DNA of 64,000 nt from Dehalococcoidia bacterium (GCA_034421015.1 DAOUKT010000037.1:18133-82132); one strand, 5' to 3'. Shown: positions 18,399-28,176, numbered from the stretch's first letter. The notes: generated from the letters alone by a model not told the origin. Made by a program: numbers and translations.

Positions 18399-19346
18399 AT
18401 GGAAGTAACCCTCAAGGTTAGGCGGTTCAACCCCGAGTCGGAGAGCAAGGAGCCCTACTTCCAGGAGTACAACCTGGAGGTGGAGGAGTACGTGACCGTC
18501 CTGGACGCCCTCATCAAGGTGAGGGAGGAGGTGGACGGAAGCCTGGCGCTCAGGTGCTCCTGCCGCGCCGCCATCTGCGGCTCCTGCTCGATGCGCGTCA
18601 ACGGACACGCCAAGCTGGCCTGCAACACCAAGATTGTGGACGTGGCCCCCAAGGACCACAGCGTGACGGTGGAGCCTATGGGCAACCTGCCCGTCGTCAA
18701 GGACCTGGTCACGGACATGAAGCCCTTCTGGGACAGGGTCAGGGCGGTGCAGCCCTGGCTGCAGCCCCAGGGACCGGAGCCTGAGGAGGAGTACGTAGCC
18801 CCCGGCGAGGACATGCTCCACCTGACGGGCGTGATGAGCTGCATCATGTGCGGCGCATGCGCATCCGACTGCACGGTGCTCGAAGTCGACCGCAACTTCC
18901 TTGGGCCAGCGGCTCTGGCAAAGGCGTATCGCTTCGTCGGCGACCCCAGGGACGACGCCGACAAGGAGCGTCTGGACAAGTACAGCCAGTACGGCGGCAT
19001 CTGGGACTGCACTCGCTGCATGGAGTGCGTACAGGTATGCCCCAAGGGCGTTGCGCCCATGGACCGCATCATGGCCCTCAGGGATAAGGCAATGGAGGCC
19101 GGTTTCACCAACAACAACGGGGCGCGCCACACCAAGGGCTTCACCGACCTGGTGAAGCACAGCGGCCGCCTGGACGAGTTGCAGCTGCCTATGAGGACCT
19201 ACAGCATGTTCGACATCCAGGCCATGATAGGGATGATTCCCGTTGGACTGAGGGCGTTCCGCAGGGGCAAGATGCCCAGCCCATTCCACAAGTCCATCCC
19301 GGGCGCTGAGAACGTCAGGCGCATTTTCAAGAAAAGCGGAGAGTGA
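18399..19346 (+). CDS. sdhB: Succinate dehydrogenase/fumarate reductase iron-sulfur subunit (C-terminally extended)
   Basis: Cluster motifs: 2Fe-2S CRAAICGSCSMRVNG...AC, plus CIMCGACASDC and CTRCMECVQVCP. Confidence 0.93.
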   Translation: MEVTLKVRRFNPESESKEPYFQEYNLEVEEYVTVLDALIKVREEVDGSLALRCSCRAAICGSCSMRVNGHAKLACNTKIVDVAPKDHSVTVEPMGNLPVVKDLVTDMKPFWDRVRAVQPWLQPQGPEPEEEYVAPGEDMLHLTGVMSCIMCGACASDCTVLEVDRNFLGPAALAKAYRFVGDPRDDADKERLDKYSQYGGIWDCTRCMECVQVCPKGVAPMDRIMALRDKAMEAGFTNNNGARHTKGFTDLVKHSGRLDELQLPMRTYSMFDIQAMIGMIPVGLRAFRRGKMPSPFHKSIPGAENVRRIFKKSGE

Positions 19347-19349
19347 GAA

Positions 19350-20234
19350 ATGAAGTACGCTTTCTTTCCCGGCTGCGTATCTCGCGGCGGCTGCCCGGAG
19401 CTCTATCCGTCGGCAGTCAGCGTGTGCCAGCGTCTGGGACTTGAGCTGGAGTTGATGGAGGGCGCGGCCTGCACCGGCGCGGGCGTGCTCCAGGAGAAAA
19501 ACCAGAAGCTGGGAGACACCCTCAACGCCCGGACCTTCGCCATGGCGGAGGCTATGGACCTCCCGATAATGACCATCTGCAGCACCTGCCAGGGCACCAT
19601 GGCCCAGGCCCACAAGCGCCTCACCGACGACCCGGAGTACATGGCCGAGATCAACCAGACCCTCGCGGAGGAGGGGCTTGAGTTCAAGAATACGGTGGTG
19701 GTGAAGCACCTGCTGTGGATAATGGTGGAGGACATCGGGCTGGAGAACCTCAAGGGGTACGTGACAAGGCCCCTGCGAGGCATGAAGGTGGCCCCCTTCT
19801 ACGGCTGCTACATCATCCGGCCGACCAACGCCCTGGGCTTCGACGAGCACCCGGAGCGGGAGGACTCGCTGGAGCGCGTCATCGAGACGCTGGGAGCGGA
19901 GGTGGTCGACTTCACGGGCAAGACCAAGTGCTGCGGCTTCCCCATCCTGACCATAAACGAGGCCAACTCCGTCACGATGGTTGCCAACCACACGATGGAC
20001 GCCAAGGACCTGGGCGCAGACGCGATGGTGACTCCCTGCCCGCTGTGCCACCTCAACCTGGACGGCTTCCAGCCCAGGGCTTCCTCGATGAGGAAGACCA
20101 AGATAGACCTGCCGATTCTTCACCTGCCGCAGATGGTCGGACTGGCAATGGGCATGGACCCGAAGTCAATGGGGCTGAACAAGCACATCATATCCACCGG
20201 CAAGATGCTGACCAAGGTGGCCGTGGAGGCGTAG
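19350..20234 (+). CDS. HdrB/SdhE-like cysteine-rich (2x CCG domain) subunit of a type-E succinate:quinone reductase or thiol:fumarate reductase
   Basis: MKYAFFPGCVSRGG...CSTCQG; FYGCYIIRP...KCCGFP...TPCPLCHLNLD. The start lies 4 nt after the sdhB stop. Confidence 0.8.
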   Translation: MKYAFFPGCVSRGGCPELYPSAVSVCQRLGLELELMEGAACTGAGVLQEKNQKLGDTLNARTFAMAEAMDLPIMTICSTCQGTMAQAHKRLTDDPEYMAEINQTLAEEGLEFKNTVVVKHLLWIMVEDIGLENLKGYVTRPLRGMKVAPFYGCYIIRPTNALGFDEHPEREDSLERVIETLGAEVVDFTGKTKCCGFPILTINEANSVTMVANHTMDAKDLGADAMVTPCPLCHLNLDGFQPRASSMRKTKIDLPILHLPQMVGLAMGMDPKSMGLNKHIISTGKMLTKVAVEA

Positions 20235-20263
20235 GGCCAAGCCCGCTAACATCGAACCAATGA

Positions 20264-20297
20264 AGAGGCCCCGTTCCTCAATAGGAACGGGGCCTCT
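20264..20297. terminator. Bidirectional stem-loop between the convergent sdh and fumarase units
   Basis: AGAGGCCCCGTTCC-TCAATA-GGAACGGGGCCTCT, a perfect 14-bp stem. Confidence 0.7.
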
Positions 20298-20310
20298 CTC
20301 ATTACCTTTC

Positions 20311-20381
20311 TACCATTCCTGCGAAGGCAGGAATCCAGAATGCCTAAGGTAGAGAACGGTAGACCCCTGCCTGCGCAGGGG
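20311..20381. repeat. Palindromic hairpin units (same family)
   Basis: ATTCCTGC-GAAG-GCAGGAAT at 20315..20334 and CCCCTGC-CTGC-GCAGGGG at 20364..20381. Confidence 0.8.
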
Positions 20382-20393
20382 TGGCCTTCCGCG

Positions 20394-20960
20394 TTACTCG
20401 GCCTTGGCCGTGACCTCGCGCTTCCACTCCATCTTGCCCTGCTCAAGGAGGTCGTTGCCGTGGGTGTCGTTGACCACGATGACGGGGAAGTCCTCCACCT
20501 CAAGCCTGCGTATGGCCTCCGTGCCCAGGTCGTCGTAGGCGACCACGTCCACCTTCTTGATTGCGCCGGACAGGAATGCGCCGGAGCCGCCAATGGCCCC
20601 GAAGTAGACGGCGTGGTGCTTCACGAAAGCCTCCCGCACCTCTTTGCTCCTGCCACCCTTGCCAATTGCAGCCTTGATCCCAAGCTCCAGCATCCGGGGC
20701 GTGAAGGGGTCCATGCGGTAGGCCGTGGTTGGGCCCGCTGAGCCGATGACGTCGCCGGGGCGCGGCGGCGTGGGGCCGACGTAGTACACAATCTGACCCT
20801 TGAGCTCGAAGGGCGGCTCCTCGCCGTTGTCCACCTGCTCAAGCAGACGCCTGTGGGCCGCGTCCCTGGCCGTGTAGATCACCCCGGTCAGGAGCACCTG
20901 CTCGCCGGCGTTCAGCTCGGCGAGGGCCTCGTCGGTCAGGGGTGTGCTGACTTTCTTCAT
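20394..20960 (-). CDS. Class I (Fe-S) fumarate hydratase, beta subunit (C-terminal domain type)
   Basis: 188 aa: LLTGVIYTARDAAHRRL...GPTPPRPGDVIGSAGPTTAYRMDPF...AIGKGGRS...VYFGAIGGSGA. The neighbouring gene is the alpha subunit. Confidence 0.9.
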   Translation of the reverse strand: MKKVSTPLTDEALAELNAGEQVLLTGVIYTARDAAHRRLLEQVDNGEEPPFELKGQIVYYVGPTPPRPGDVIGSAGPTTAYRMDPFTPRMLELGIKAAIGKGGRSKEVREAFVKHHAVYFGAIGGSGAFLSGAIKKVDVVAYDDLGTEAIRRLEVEDFPVIVVNDTHGNDLLEQGKMEWKREVTAKAE

Positions 20961-20994
20961 TATCTCGTCTCCTCAGAAACCTCTGCCCCCACTT

Positions 20995-21060
20995 TTAGAT
21001 TCCTGCTTCCGCAGGAATGACGGAAAGGGAAGCAGGAATGGCGGGAGGGTAAGCGGGATT
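20995..21060. repeat. Palindromic hairpin unit plus degenerate half-units
   Basis: ATTCCTGC-TTCC-GCAGGAAT at 20999..21018, followed by GCAGGAATGGCGGGAGGGTAAGCGGGATT. Confidence 0.7.
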
Positions 21061-21120
21061 GACTGGTGGGGCAGAAATCAACTGGTAGTGGGATACCGCT
21101 TTGCTTATTCAAGGGTTTCC

Positions 21121-21966
21121 TTAAATCACCGCCGTCTTCTGGCGGGCGCTGTGGCACTGAAGGTTAACGCCTACCGGAAGCGCGGTGATGTGCGTGGGGT
21201 AGGTCTCGATGTTCACGGCCAGGGCCGTCGTCTGGCCGCCCCAGGCTTGGGGACCAATTCCCGTGGCGTTGACGCGCTCCAGAAGCTCCTCCTCCAGCTC
21301 GGCAACCTCCTGGTCGGGGTTGTGCTCGCCGACCTTGCGGAGCAGGGACTTCTTCGCCAGGTACATCACGTACTCCGCGGAGCCCCCAATGCCCACACCG
21401 ACGATCAGGGGAGGGCAGGGGTTGCCGCCGGACTCCTCAATGGCGCGCAGGGTGAAGTCAATCACGCCCTGCTTGCCGTCCCCGGGCCGCAGAATAGCCA
21501 GGCGGCTCATGTTCTCGCAGCCGCCGCCCTTGGGCATCACGGTAATCTTCAGCTGGTCGCCGGGCACTATGTCCGTATGGATAATCGGGGGAGTGTTGTC
21601 GCCGGTGTTGAGGCGGCGGGAGAAGGGCTGACGGACGATGGAGTTCCGCAGGAAGCCGTCCTTGTAGCCGACTCGCACGCCTTCGGCCAGGGCGTCGTTC
21701 AGGTCGCCCCCGGCGATGTGGGCCTCCTGCCCAAGCTCCAGGAACAGCACCGTGGTGCCCGTGTCCTGGCAGAGGGCGATATGTTTCTCCTGGGCGATGT
21801 CGGAGTTCTGGAGGATGATGTCGAGGACGCCCTGGGCCCTGGGAGACTCCTCATCCTGCCGCGCTTTTTTGAGCGCCGTCAGCACGTCCTCCGGCAGGTA
21901 GTAGTTGGCGTCCTGGCACAGGCGCGCCACCGTCTCGGTTATGTCTGATACGTGGATATCCCTCAT
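21121..21966 (-). CDS. Class I (Fe-S) fumarate hydratase, alpha subunit
   Basis: MRDIHVSDITETVARLC...ALCQDTGTTVLFLELG...MPKGGGCENMS...PCPPLIVGVGIGGSAE. Start set at ATG 21966, 4 nt after the mdh stop. Confidence 0.9.
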   Translation of the reverse strand: MRDIHVSDITETVARLCQDANYYLPEDVLTALKKARQDEESPRAQGVLDIILQNSDIAQEKHIALCQDTGTTVLFLELGQEAHIAGGDLNDALAEGVRVGYKDGFLRNSIVRQPFSRRLNTGDNTPPIIHTDIVPGDQLKITVMPKGGGCENMSRLAILRPGDGKQGVIDFTLRAIEESGGNPCPPLIVGVGIGGSAEYVMYLAKKSLLRKVGEHNPDQEVAELEEELLERVNATGIGPQAWGGQTTALAVNIETYPTHITALPVGVNLQCHSARQKTAVI

Positions 21967-21970
21967 TGGA

Positions 21971-22921
21971 CTAGGAACCTCCGGCGGAAGCGGTCCTGCC
22001 GTGCATGACCTCCACAAGCTCCCTGACGGCGCCTGCGGAGTTGTCCAGCGCGGCCCTCTCCTCGGACGAAAGCTGCACCTCGATTATCTCCTCGATGCCC
22101 GCGGAACCCAGCTTGACCGGCACGCCAATGTAGAGGCCGTCTATGCCGTACTCGCCCTGCAGGTAAGCAGCGCAGGGGAGGATTCGCTTCTTGTCCAGGA
22201 TAATGGAGTCCACCATCTGGACCGTGGCGGCAGAGGGCGCGTAGTAGGCGCTTCCGGTCTTCAGCAGGCCGACTATCTCCGCGCCGCCGTCCCTGGTCCT
22301 CTGCACGATTCGCTCCACCGCCTCCTGGGGCATCAGCTTCGAGATTCCGGTGCCTCCGACGGTGGTCGACTCCACCAACGGCACCATCGTATCGCCGTGG
22401 CCTCCCAGCACGTAGGCCTGGATGTCCTCTACGGACGCACTCAGCTCCTGGGCCAGGAAGGTGCGGAAGCGGGCCGTGTCGAGGATACCGGCCATTCCCA
22501 CAACGCGCTCCCGGGGGAAGCGGCTGACTTCAAGACACTGCTGCGCCATGGCGTCCAGGGGATTGGAGACCACGATGATGACGCTGTCCGGCGACTGCTT
22601 CGCCACCTGCTCCGTGACGCCCCCGACAATGTCCATGTTGGTGAAGAGGAGGTCGTCCCTGCTCATGCCCGGCCTGCGGGCCACACCTGCGGTGATTACC
22701 ACCACGTCCGACCCGGCGGTGTCTTCGTAAGAGTTGGTGCCGATTATCTGGCTGTCCGTTCCCAGCACTGGGCCGGACTCCAGCATGTCCAGGGCCTTGC
22801 CCTGGGGCAGCCCCTCTACAATGTCCACCAGGACCACGTCCGCGTAGCCCCGCTCAAATAGACGCTGGGCTGCCGTAGCCCCAACGTTGCCTGCCCCCAC
22901 TACCGTTATCTTCTTGCGCAT
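21971..22921 (-). CDS. mdh: Malate dehydrogenase (LDH-like family)
   Basis: [18 protein letters not shown]...[16 protein letters not shown]...VVSNPLD...[10 protein letters not shown]. Confidence 0.94.
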   Translation of the reverse strand: MRKKITVVGAGNVGATAAQRLFERGYADVVLVDIVEGLPQGKALDMLESGPVLGTDSQIIGTNSYEDTAGSDVVVITAGVARRPGMSRDDLLFTNMDIVGGVTEQVAKQSPDSVIIVVSNPLDAMAQQCLEVSRFPRERVVGMAGILDTARFRTFLAQELSASVEDIQAYVLGGHGDTMVPLVESTTVGGTGISKLMPQEAVERIVQRTRDGGAEIVGLLKTGSAYYAPSAATVQMVDSIILDKKRILPCAAYLQGEYGIDGLYIGVPVKLGSAGIEEIIEVQLSSEERAALDNSAGAVRELVEVMHGRTASAGGS

Positions 22922-23009
22922 GTAAACTCCATCTCTCCTTTATCTGTGCAAAATGCGACCCAGGCGCCGGATGGGTCCAGCGTCCGGGTCGATTGGTCTA
23001 GTGAGTAGT

Positions 23010-24269
23010 CTAGGAAGACCCCGTGTAGCGGGCCCAGCGATCCTCAAGGTCCGGCTCCTGGATGGTCGACATGAGGTAGTCGCCGAACTCCTTGCCCGTT
23101 GCGCCGGAGCTCCGGCCGGTCATGACCACCTTCCTCTCGTACTGGCCGCACACGTCCAGGGCCTTGTGCAGCTTGCCGCCAAGGTCCGTATAGCCAATGT
23201 GCTCCAGCATCATGGCGGCGGCCCTCAGCACCGAGCTTGGGTCTGCGAACTGCGCCCGGTTCTCCCGCACCATGCGAGGCGCGGAGCCGTGGATCGCCTC
23301 GAACATGGCATACTTCTTGCCGATGTTGGCGCTTCCCGCCGTCCCAACGCCTCCCTGTATCTGGCCGGCCTCGTCCGAGAGTATGTCTCCGTACAGGTTG
23401 GGCAGGGCGATGACCTGGAACTCGTGGCGGCGCTCAAGGTCCAGCAGCTTGGCCGTCATGATGTCGATGTACCAGCCGTCCCACTCGATGTCCGGGTAGC
23501 CGCTTGACACCTCCCTTGCCACATCCAGGAACTTGCCATCGGTGGTCTTGACCACGTTGGCCTTGGTGACCACAGTGACCTTGTTCTTGCCGGTACGCTT
23601 CGCATGGTCAAAGGCCAGCTCAAGGATGCGCTTGGATCCCGGTGTGGTTATGACGCGAAAGTCCATCGCGAGGTCGTCTGTGACGTTGATACCCTGACTG
23701 CCGACGGCGTACATGTCCTCCGTGTTCTCCCGGAAGATGACCCAGTCAATCTTCTCCCTGGGAATCCGCACGGGCCGGACGTTGGCAAAGAGGTCAAGCT
23801 CCTTGCGCATGGCAACGTTGGCGCTTTCGATGTTCGGCCATCCGTCACCCTGCTCCGGCGTATGGGTAGGGCCCTTGAGGGTGACGTGGCACTGCTTGAT
23901 CTCTTCCAGAACGTCGTCCGGAATGGGTTTCAACTTTTCGGCGCGGTTCTCAATGGTCAGCCCCTCAATGGTGCGAAACTCCACCTTGCCGGAGTCGACC
24001 TCTGTGGCCAGCAGGTGCTCCAGGACGCGCTGGGCCTCCGCCACGATGGTGGGGCCAATGCCATCCCCGCCCAGGATGCCAATTATGATCGGCCTGATGC
24101 TTCCGAAATCCGTCCACTCGGCGCCCTCGTTGAGCTGGTCAACGCGCGCCAACTGCCCCTCCAGCACCCTGCCGAAGTGCTCCTTAGCCGCTTCAACTAC
24201 ATCTCTGTTCACCAATTCCGGCCTCCTTTGCCTAGAATCGATTTGTCCGGGAGACGCGGCGATGACCAC
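23010..24269 (-). CDS. icd: Isocitrate dehydrogenase (isocitrate/isopropylmalate DH family), long N-terminal extension
   Basis: LGGDGIGPTIV, LKGPTHTP, SANVAMRKELDLFANVRPVR, NLYGDILSDEAG and EAIHGSAP. The TCA gene context favours IDH. The start within the ORF is uncertain. Confidence 0.75.
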   Translation of the reverse strand: MVIAASPGQIDSRQRRPELVNRDVVEAAKEHFGRVLEGQLARVDQLNEGAEWTDFGSIRPIIIGILGGDGIGPTIVAEAQRVLEHLLATEVDSGKVEFRTIEGLTIENRAEKLKPIPDDVLEEIKQCHVTLKGPTHTPEQGDGWPNIESANVAMRKELDLFANVRPVRIPREKIDWVIFRENTEDMYAVGSQGINVTDDLAMDFRVITTPGSKRILELAFDHAKRTGKNKVTVVTKANVVKTTDGKFLDVAREVSSGYPDIEWDGWYIDIMTAKLLDLERRHEFQVIALPNLYGDILSDEAGQIQGGVGTAGSANIGKKYAMFEAIHGSAPRMVRENRAQFADPSSVLRAAAMMLEHIGYTDLGGKLHKALDVCGQYERKVVMTGRSSGATGKEFGDYLMSTIQEPDLEDRWARYTGSS

Positions 24270-24311
24270 TGGCCAGCCGCCGGTCCCGCCGGACCATTGT
24301 CCGGACTTATT

Positions 24312-26264
24312 CTAGCCTATTACGGCCAGTATGTCGTTCTTTACCACCCTTGCGCCGGGCTGCAACCTCAACTCCTTGACGACGCCGCTCACCGGGGAGG
24401 GAAGGGCGTTCTCCATCTTCATTGCTTCCAGGAACAGCACTGTGGATCCCGCCGTCACCTGCTGGCCCACCTCGACCGCATACCTGAGCAGAATGCCGGG
24501 CATCGGCGCGCGTATGGCCGTCCCACCGACAACTTCCGTGTCAGCAGCCGCTGGCGCGGGCTGAGGGGCAGCGGGCGGCGGAGCCTGGACGGCCTGGGGC
24601 GGCCTTTGGACCGGCGCCGGCGCCGACACGTTGTTGCCGGCGGGCGAGGTCACCCTTGTCCCGTGGCCGTCTGCCATCGGCTCGACCTCTACCTGGTACT
24701 GCTCTCCGCCAACGTAGACCGTAAACGCCCGCGGAGACCCCGCGGGGGCCGCCTGGGCGGGGGCTGCCGCTTCCTCGGAACCCTTCTCCACCAGAAGGCC
24801 CGCCTTGGCCTTGGCAATCAGGTCCACCTCACGGTCAAGGTCCTCCTGAGTCCTGGGCTTAACGTCGTCCGGCACTGGCTCGAGGCCGTACTTCCACTGG
24901 AGGAATCGCAGCCCGGTCACGGGGTACAGGGCGTAGACCAGAACGTCTCCGATGTCTTGGGCAAGGCCGTCGGTCGCCTCCTTTGCCTTCTCCATCTCCG
25001 GCTCAAGGTAGTCTGCGGCCCTTCCAGTAATGGGCTCCTGGCCCCTCTCGTAGTCCTTGAGCACCTGCTGGGCCACGTCGGGGTCGATGGGGGTGGGCGT
25101 GCGGCCGTACAGTCCGTAGACGTAGTCCTTCACCTGGCCGGAGACCATCGCGTAACGCCCGAAGAGGACGTTCTGCACGGCTTGGATGCCGATAATCTGG
25201 CTGGTGGGCGTCACCAGGGGAGGGTAGCCTAGCTCACGGCGCACCGTGGGCAGCTCTTCAAACACCTCGTTGAGGCGATCAAGGGCGTCGGCCTCCCGGA
25301 GCTGGGAACTCAGGTTGCTCGCCATTCCGCCTGGCACCTGGTGGCTCAGCACCGTGGTGTCCACGACGGAAGCCCGGGACGTGTCGAAGTGCTCCCTGTA
25401 CCTGGGAGCAATGGACTCGAAGTACTCCGCCAGCTTGAGCAGATGGTTGAGGTCAAGGCCGGGGTCGCGCTCCGTGCCCATGAGTGTGACGGTCAGGGGC
25501 TCAATGGCCGGCTGGGAGGTCCTCATGGCGAAGGGGGACAGGCATGTGTCCACAATGTCGATCCCGGCTTCAATGGCCTTCAGGAGCGTCATGGAGGCCA
25601 TCCCACTGGTGTAGTGGGTGTGGAGATGGATGGGGATGTTGATCTTCTCCTTGAGGGTACTGATCAACTCATAGGCGTCGTAGGGGGCCAGCAGGCCAGC
25701 CATGTCCTTGATGCAAAGGGTGTCCGCCCCCATGTCCTGGAGGGTCAGGGCCTTGTTGACGAAGTAGTCCAGGTTGAACACCGGCCCGCCCATGCGAGGG
25801 CCCGTCACCGAGTAGCAGATGGCTGCCTGGAAGTGCTTGCCCGTGGCCTTGACCGTCCTGGCGGCGACCTCAAAGTTGCGCTCGTCGTTGACGGCGTCGA
25901 ATATCCTGAAGACGTCTATGCCCACCTCGGCTGCGTGCTCCACAAAGGCCACGACCACGTCGTCGGCGTAGTTCCTGTACCCCACCAGGTTCTGCCCGCG
26001 GAGGAGCATCTGCAGGGGCGTGTTGGGCATGAGGCGCTTGAGCACACGGACGCGCTCCCAGGGGTCCTCCCCCAGAAAACGGGTTGTCACGTCGAATGTT
26101 GCGCCGCCCCAGACCTCTGCGGACCAGAAGCCGGCCTTGTCCATCTCCTCAGCGATGGGCTCCATGTCGGAGGTGCGCATACGGGTGGCCGCAAGGCTCT
26201 GGTGAGCGTCTCGCAGGGTGGTATCGGTGATTTTGAGCGTAGTTTGAGCCTTGCTAGATGTCAT
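24312..26264 (-). CDS. Carboxyltransferase 5S/OadA/PycB-type subunit fused to a C-terminal biotinyl (1.3S-like) domain
   Basis: N-terminus is LKITDTTLRDAHQSL...EVWGGATFD...LLRGQNLVGY (TIM-barrel carboxyltransferase). An Ala/Pro-rich linker follows, and the C-terminus carries the biotin-attachment motif LFLEAMKMEN. Confidence 0.88.
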   Translation of the reverse strand: MTSSKAQTTLKITDTTLRDAHQSLAATRMRTSDMEPIAEEMDKAGFWSAEVWGGATFDVTTRFLGEDPWERVRVLKRLMPNTPLQMLLRGQNLVGYRNYADDVVVAFVEHAAEVGIDVFRIFDAVNDERNFEVAARTVKATGKHFQAAICYSVTGPRMGGPVFNLDYFVNKALTLQDMGADTLCIKDMAGLLAPYDAYELISTLKEKINIPIHLHTHYTSGMASMTLLKAIEAGIDIVDTCLSPFAMRTSQPAIEPLTVTLMGTERDPGLDLNHLLKLAEYFESIAPRYREHFDTSRASVVDTTVLSHQVPGGMASNLSSQLREADALDRLNEVFEELPTVRRELGYPPLVTPTSQIIGIQAVQNVLFGRYAMVSGQVKDYVYGLYGRTPTPIDPDVAQQVLKDYERGQEPITGRAADYLEPEMEKAKEATDGLAQDIGDVLVYALYPVTGLRFLQWKYGLEPVPDDVKPRTQEDLDREVDLIAKAKAGLLVEKGSEEAAAPAQAAPAGSPRAFTVYVGGEQYQVEVEPMADGHGTRVTSPAGNNVSAPAPVQRPPQAVQAPPPAAPQPAPAAADTEVVGGTAIRAPMPGILLRYAVEVGQQVTAGSTVLFLEAMKMENALPSPVSGVVKELRLQPGARVVKNDILAVIG

Positions 26265-26329
26265 CGCTTTCCCATCCGCACCGGTGAGGGGTTGGAGTCG
26301 GTTCCCGCCCCGGAATAGGCCAAGCCAAC

Positions 26330-27895
26330 CTACAGAGGGATGCTGCCGTGCTTCTTGGGCGGCAGCGCATCGCGCTTGTTCTCAAGCATCTCCAGCGCCT
26401 GGATGATCTTGGGGCGCGTCTCGGCGGGATCGATGATGTCGTCAATGAAGCCGCGGCCGGCGGCAACGTAGGGGTTGCTGAACCGGTCACGGTACTCCTC
26501 GGTCAGCTTGTCCCGGGTTGCCTGCTCGTTCTCCGCCTGCTTGATGACGTCCCGGTAGATGATGTTCACTGCGCCGTCGGGGCCCATGACGGCTATCTCC
26601 GCGGAGGGCCAGGCGTAGTTGACGTCGCCCTTCAGGTGCTTGCTGCTCATGACGATGTACGCGCCGCCGTAGGCCTTGCGCGTAAGGACGCTCACCTTGG
26701 GAACAGTGGCCTCGGCATAGGCGTAAAGCAGCTTTGCGCCGTGCAGGATGACGCCGCCCTGCTCCTGGTCGGACCCGGGAAGGAAGCCGGGGACATCCAC
26801 CAGAGTCACCAGGGGAATGTTGAATGCGTCGCAGAAGCGAACGAAGCGCGCCGCCTTGATGGAGGACTTGATGTCCAGGACGCCGGCCATGTGCAGCGGT
26901 TGCTGAGCGATGATGCCCACGGACTTGCCGTTCATCCGGGAGAAGCCCACCATGATGTTCCTGGCGTAGTCCCGGTGCACTTCCATGAACTCGCCCTGGT
27001 CAACGATGCGGCGAATAACGTCCCGCATGTCGTAGGGCTTGTTTGGCTCGTCCGGCACAATGTCCTGAAGATCGTCGTCCGTCCTGTTGACGGGGTCCAT
27101 CAGCGGGAAGAAGGGGGGGTCGTCGCCGTTATTCTGTGGCAGGAAGCTGAGTAGACGCCGCACCTCCTCCAGGCACTCTTCGTCGTTGTCGTAGGCGAAG
27201 TGGGCCACGCCGCTCTGTTCGGAGTGGACCTCCCAGCCGCCAAGCTGCTCGTGGGAGATGTCCTCGCCTGTGGCCGCGCGGATCACGTCCGGCCCGGTGA
27301 TGTACATCTGCCCCGTGCCCTTCACCATGAAGATGAAGTCTGTCAGGGCAGGGGAGTAGACCGCTCCACCGGCGGCCGGCCCCATGATGACGGAAATCTG
27401 CGGTATGACGCCGGAAAGCAGCGTGTTGCGCAGAATGATCTCGCCGAATCCGGCAAGGCTGGCGACACCCTCCTGAATCCTGGCGCCGCCGGAGTCGTTC
27501 AGACCCACGATGGGCGCGCCGTTCTTGACTGCAAGGTCCATGACCTTGCATATCTTCTCGCCCACCACCTCAGATACGGAACCGCCCACTACTGTGAAGT
27601 CGTGGGCGTACACAAAAGTCAGTCTTCCATTTACTTTTCCGTAACCCGTGACCACGGCGTCGCCGGGATGGTGAGTCTCGCCAAGCCCGAAGTCGGTGGC
27701 GCGGTGGGTTACGAATGTGTCCAACTCCTGGAAAGTACCCTTGTCCATGAGTACGTCGATTCGCTCCCGAGCGGTCAGCTTGCCTCGCTCGTGCTGCTGA
27801 TCTATGCGCCGCTGGCCGCCGCCGAGGGCGGATTGCTCACGCAGTTTGCGTAGCTCCTCCAGCTTGTTGTTGGAGGTTGCTCTATCTATAGCCAT
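26330..27895 (-). CDS. Acyl-CoA carboxyltransferase (propionyl-CoA carboxylase beta / methylmalonyl-CoA 12S type)
   Basis: [31 protein letters not shown]...DFTVVGGS...GGARIQEG...[16 protein letters not shown]...AYGGAY. Start at ATG 27895, behind AAGGAG. Confidence 0.9.
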   Translation of the reverse strand: MAIDRATSNNKLEELRKLREQSALGGGQRRIDQQHERGKLTARERIDVLMDKGTFQELDTFVTHRATDFGLGETHHPGDAVVTGYGKVNGRLTFVYAHDFTVVGGSVSEVVGEKICKVMDLAVKNGAPIVGLNDSGGARIQEGVASLAGFGEIILRNTLLSGVIPQISVIMGPAAGGAVYSPALTDFIFMVKGTGQMYITGPDVIRAATGEDISHEQLGGWEVHSEQSGVAHFAYDNDEECLEEVRRLLSFLPQNNGDDPPFFPLMDPVNRTDDDLQDIVPDEPNKPYDMRDVIRRIVDQGEFMEVHRDYARNIMVGFSRMNGKSVGIIAQQPLHMAGVLDIKSSIKAARFVRFCDAFNIPLVTLVDVPGFLPGSDQEQGGVILHGAKLLYAYAEATVPKVSVLTRKAYGGAYIVMSSKHLKGDVNYAWPSAEIAVMGPDGAVNIIYRDVIKQAENEQATRDKLTEEYRDRFSNPYVAAGRGFIDDIIDPAETRPKIIQALEMLENKRDALPPKKHGSIPL

Positions 27896-28176
27896 GCCTG
27901 CCTGACTCCTTTCCAAAGTGCGGAATCTTGCTTGTGACGCCAAGCACTTTGAGAATGCTATGGTATCAGATTATCCTTCAATACGCAATTTTAGTCCATA
28001 TCTTTTCCGCTAACTATTGGGGCAAGCTATTGTTTCATACGCAATATAGCGTTATTCTCTCTTGGAGCGCGCCGTAATCCCGCCTGCACACCGCATATGA
28101 CCGACAAACTCGTAATCCCGCTCCTCACGCCTTCACCTCAGGCCGCTCCGTTCAGGCCAAACGTAAGGGTGCGCCA

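Noticed and set aside
18372-20123. 583-aa ORF antisense to sdhB and the HdrB-like gene.
   Set aside because: It spans two well-supported plus-strand genes and their junction. Its composition (runs of H, V, G, R, L, A) is non-protein-like. This is a high-GC antisense artefact.
23604-25232. 542-aa plus-strand ORF overlapping icd and the 5S carboxyltransferase gene.
   Set aside because: It crosses the boundary of two strongly supported minus-strand genes, has no recognisable motifs, and is an Arg/Gly/Leu-rich artefact.
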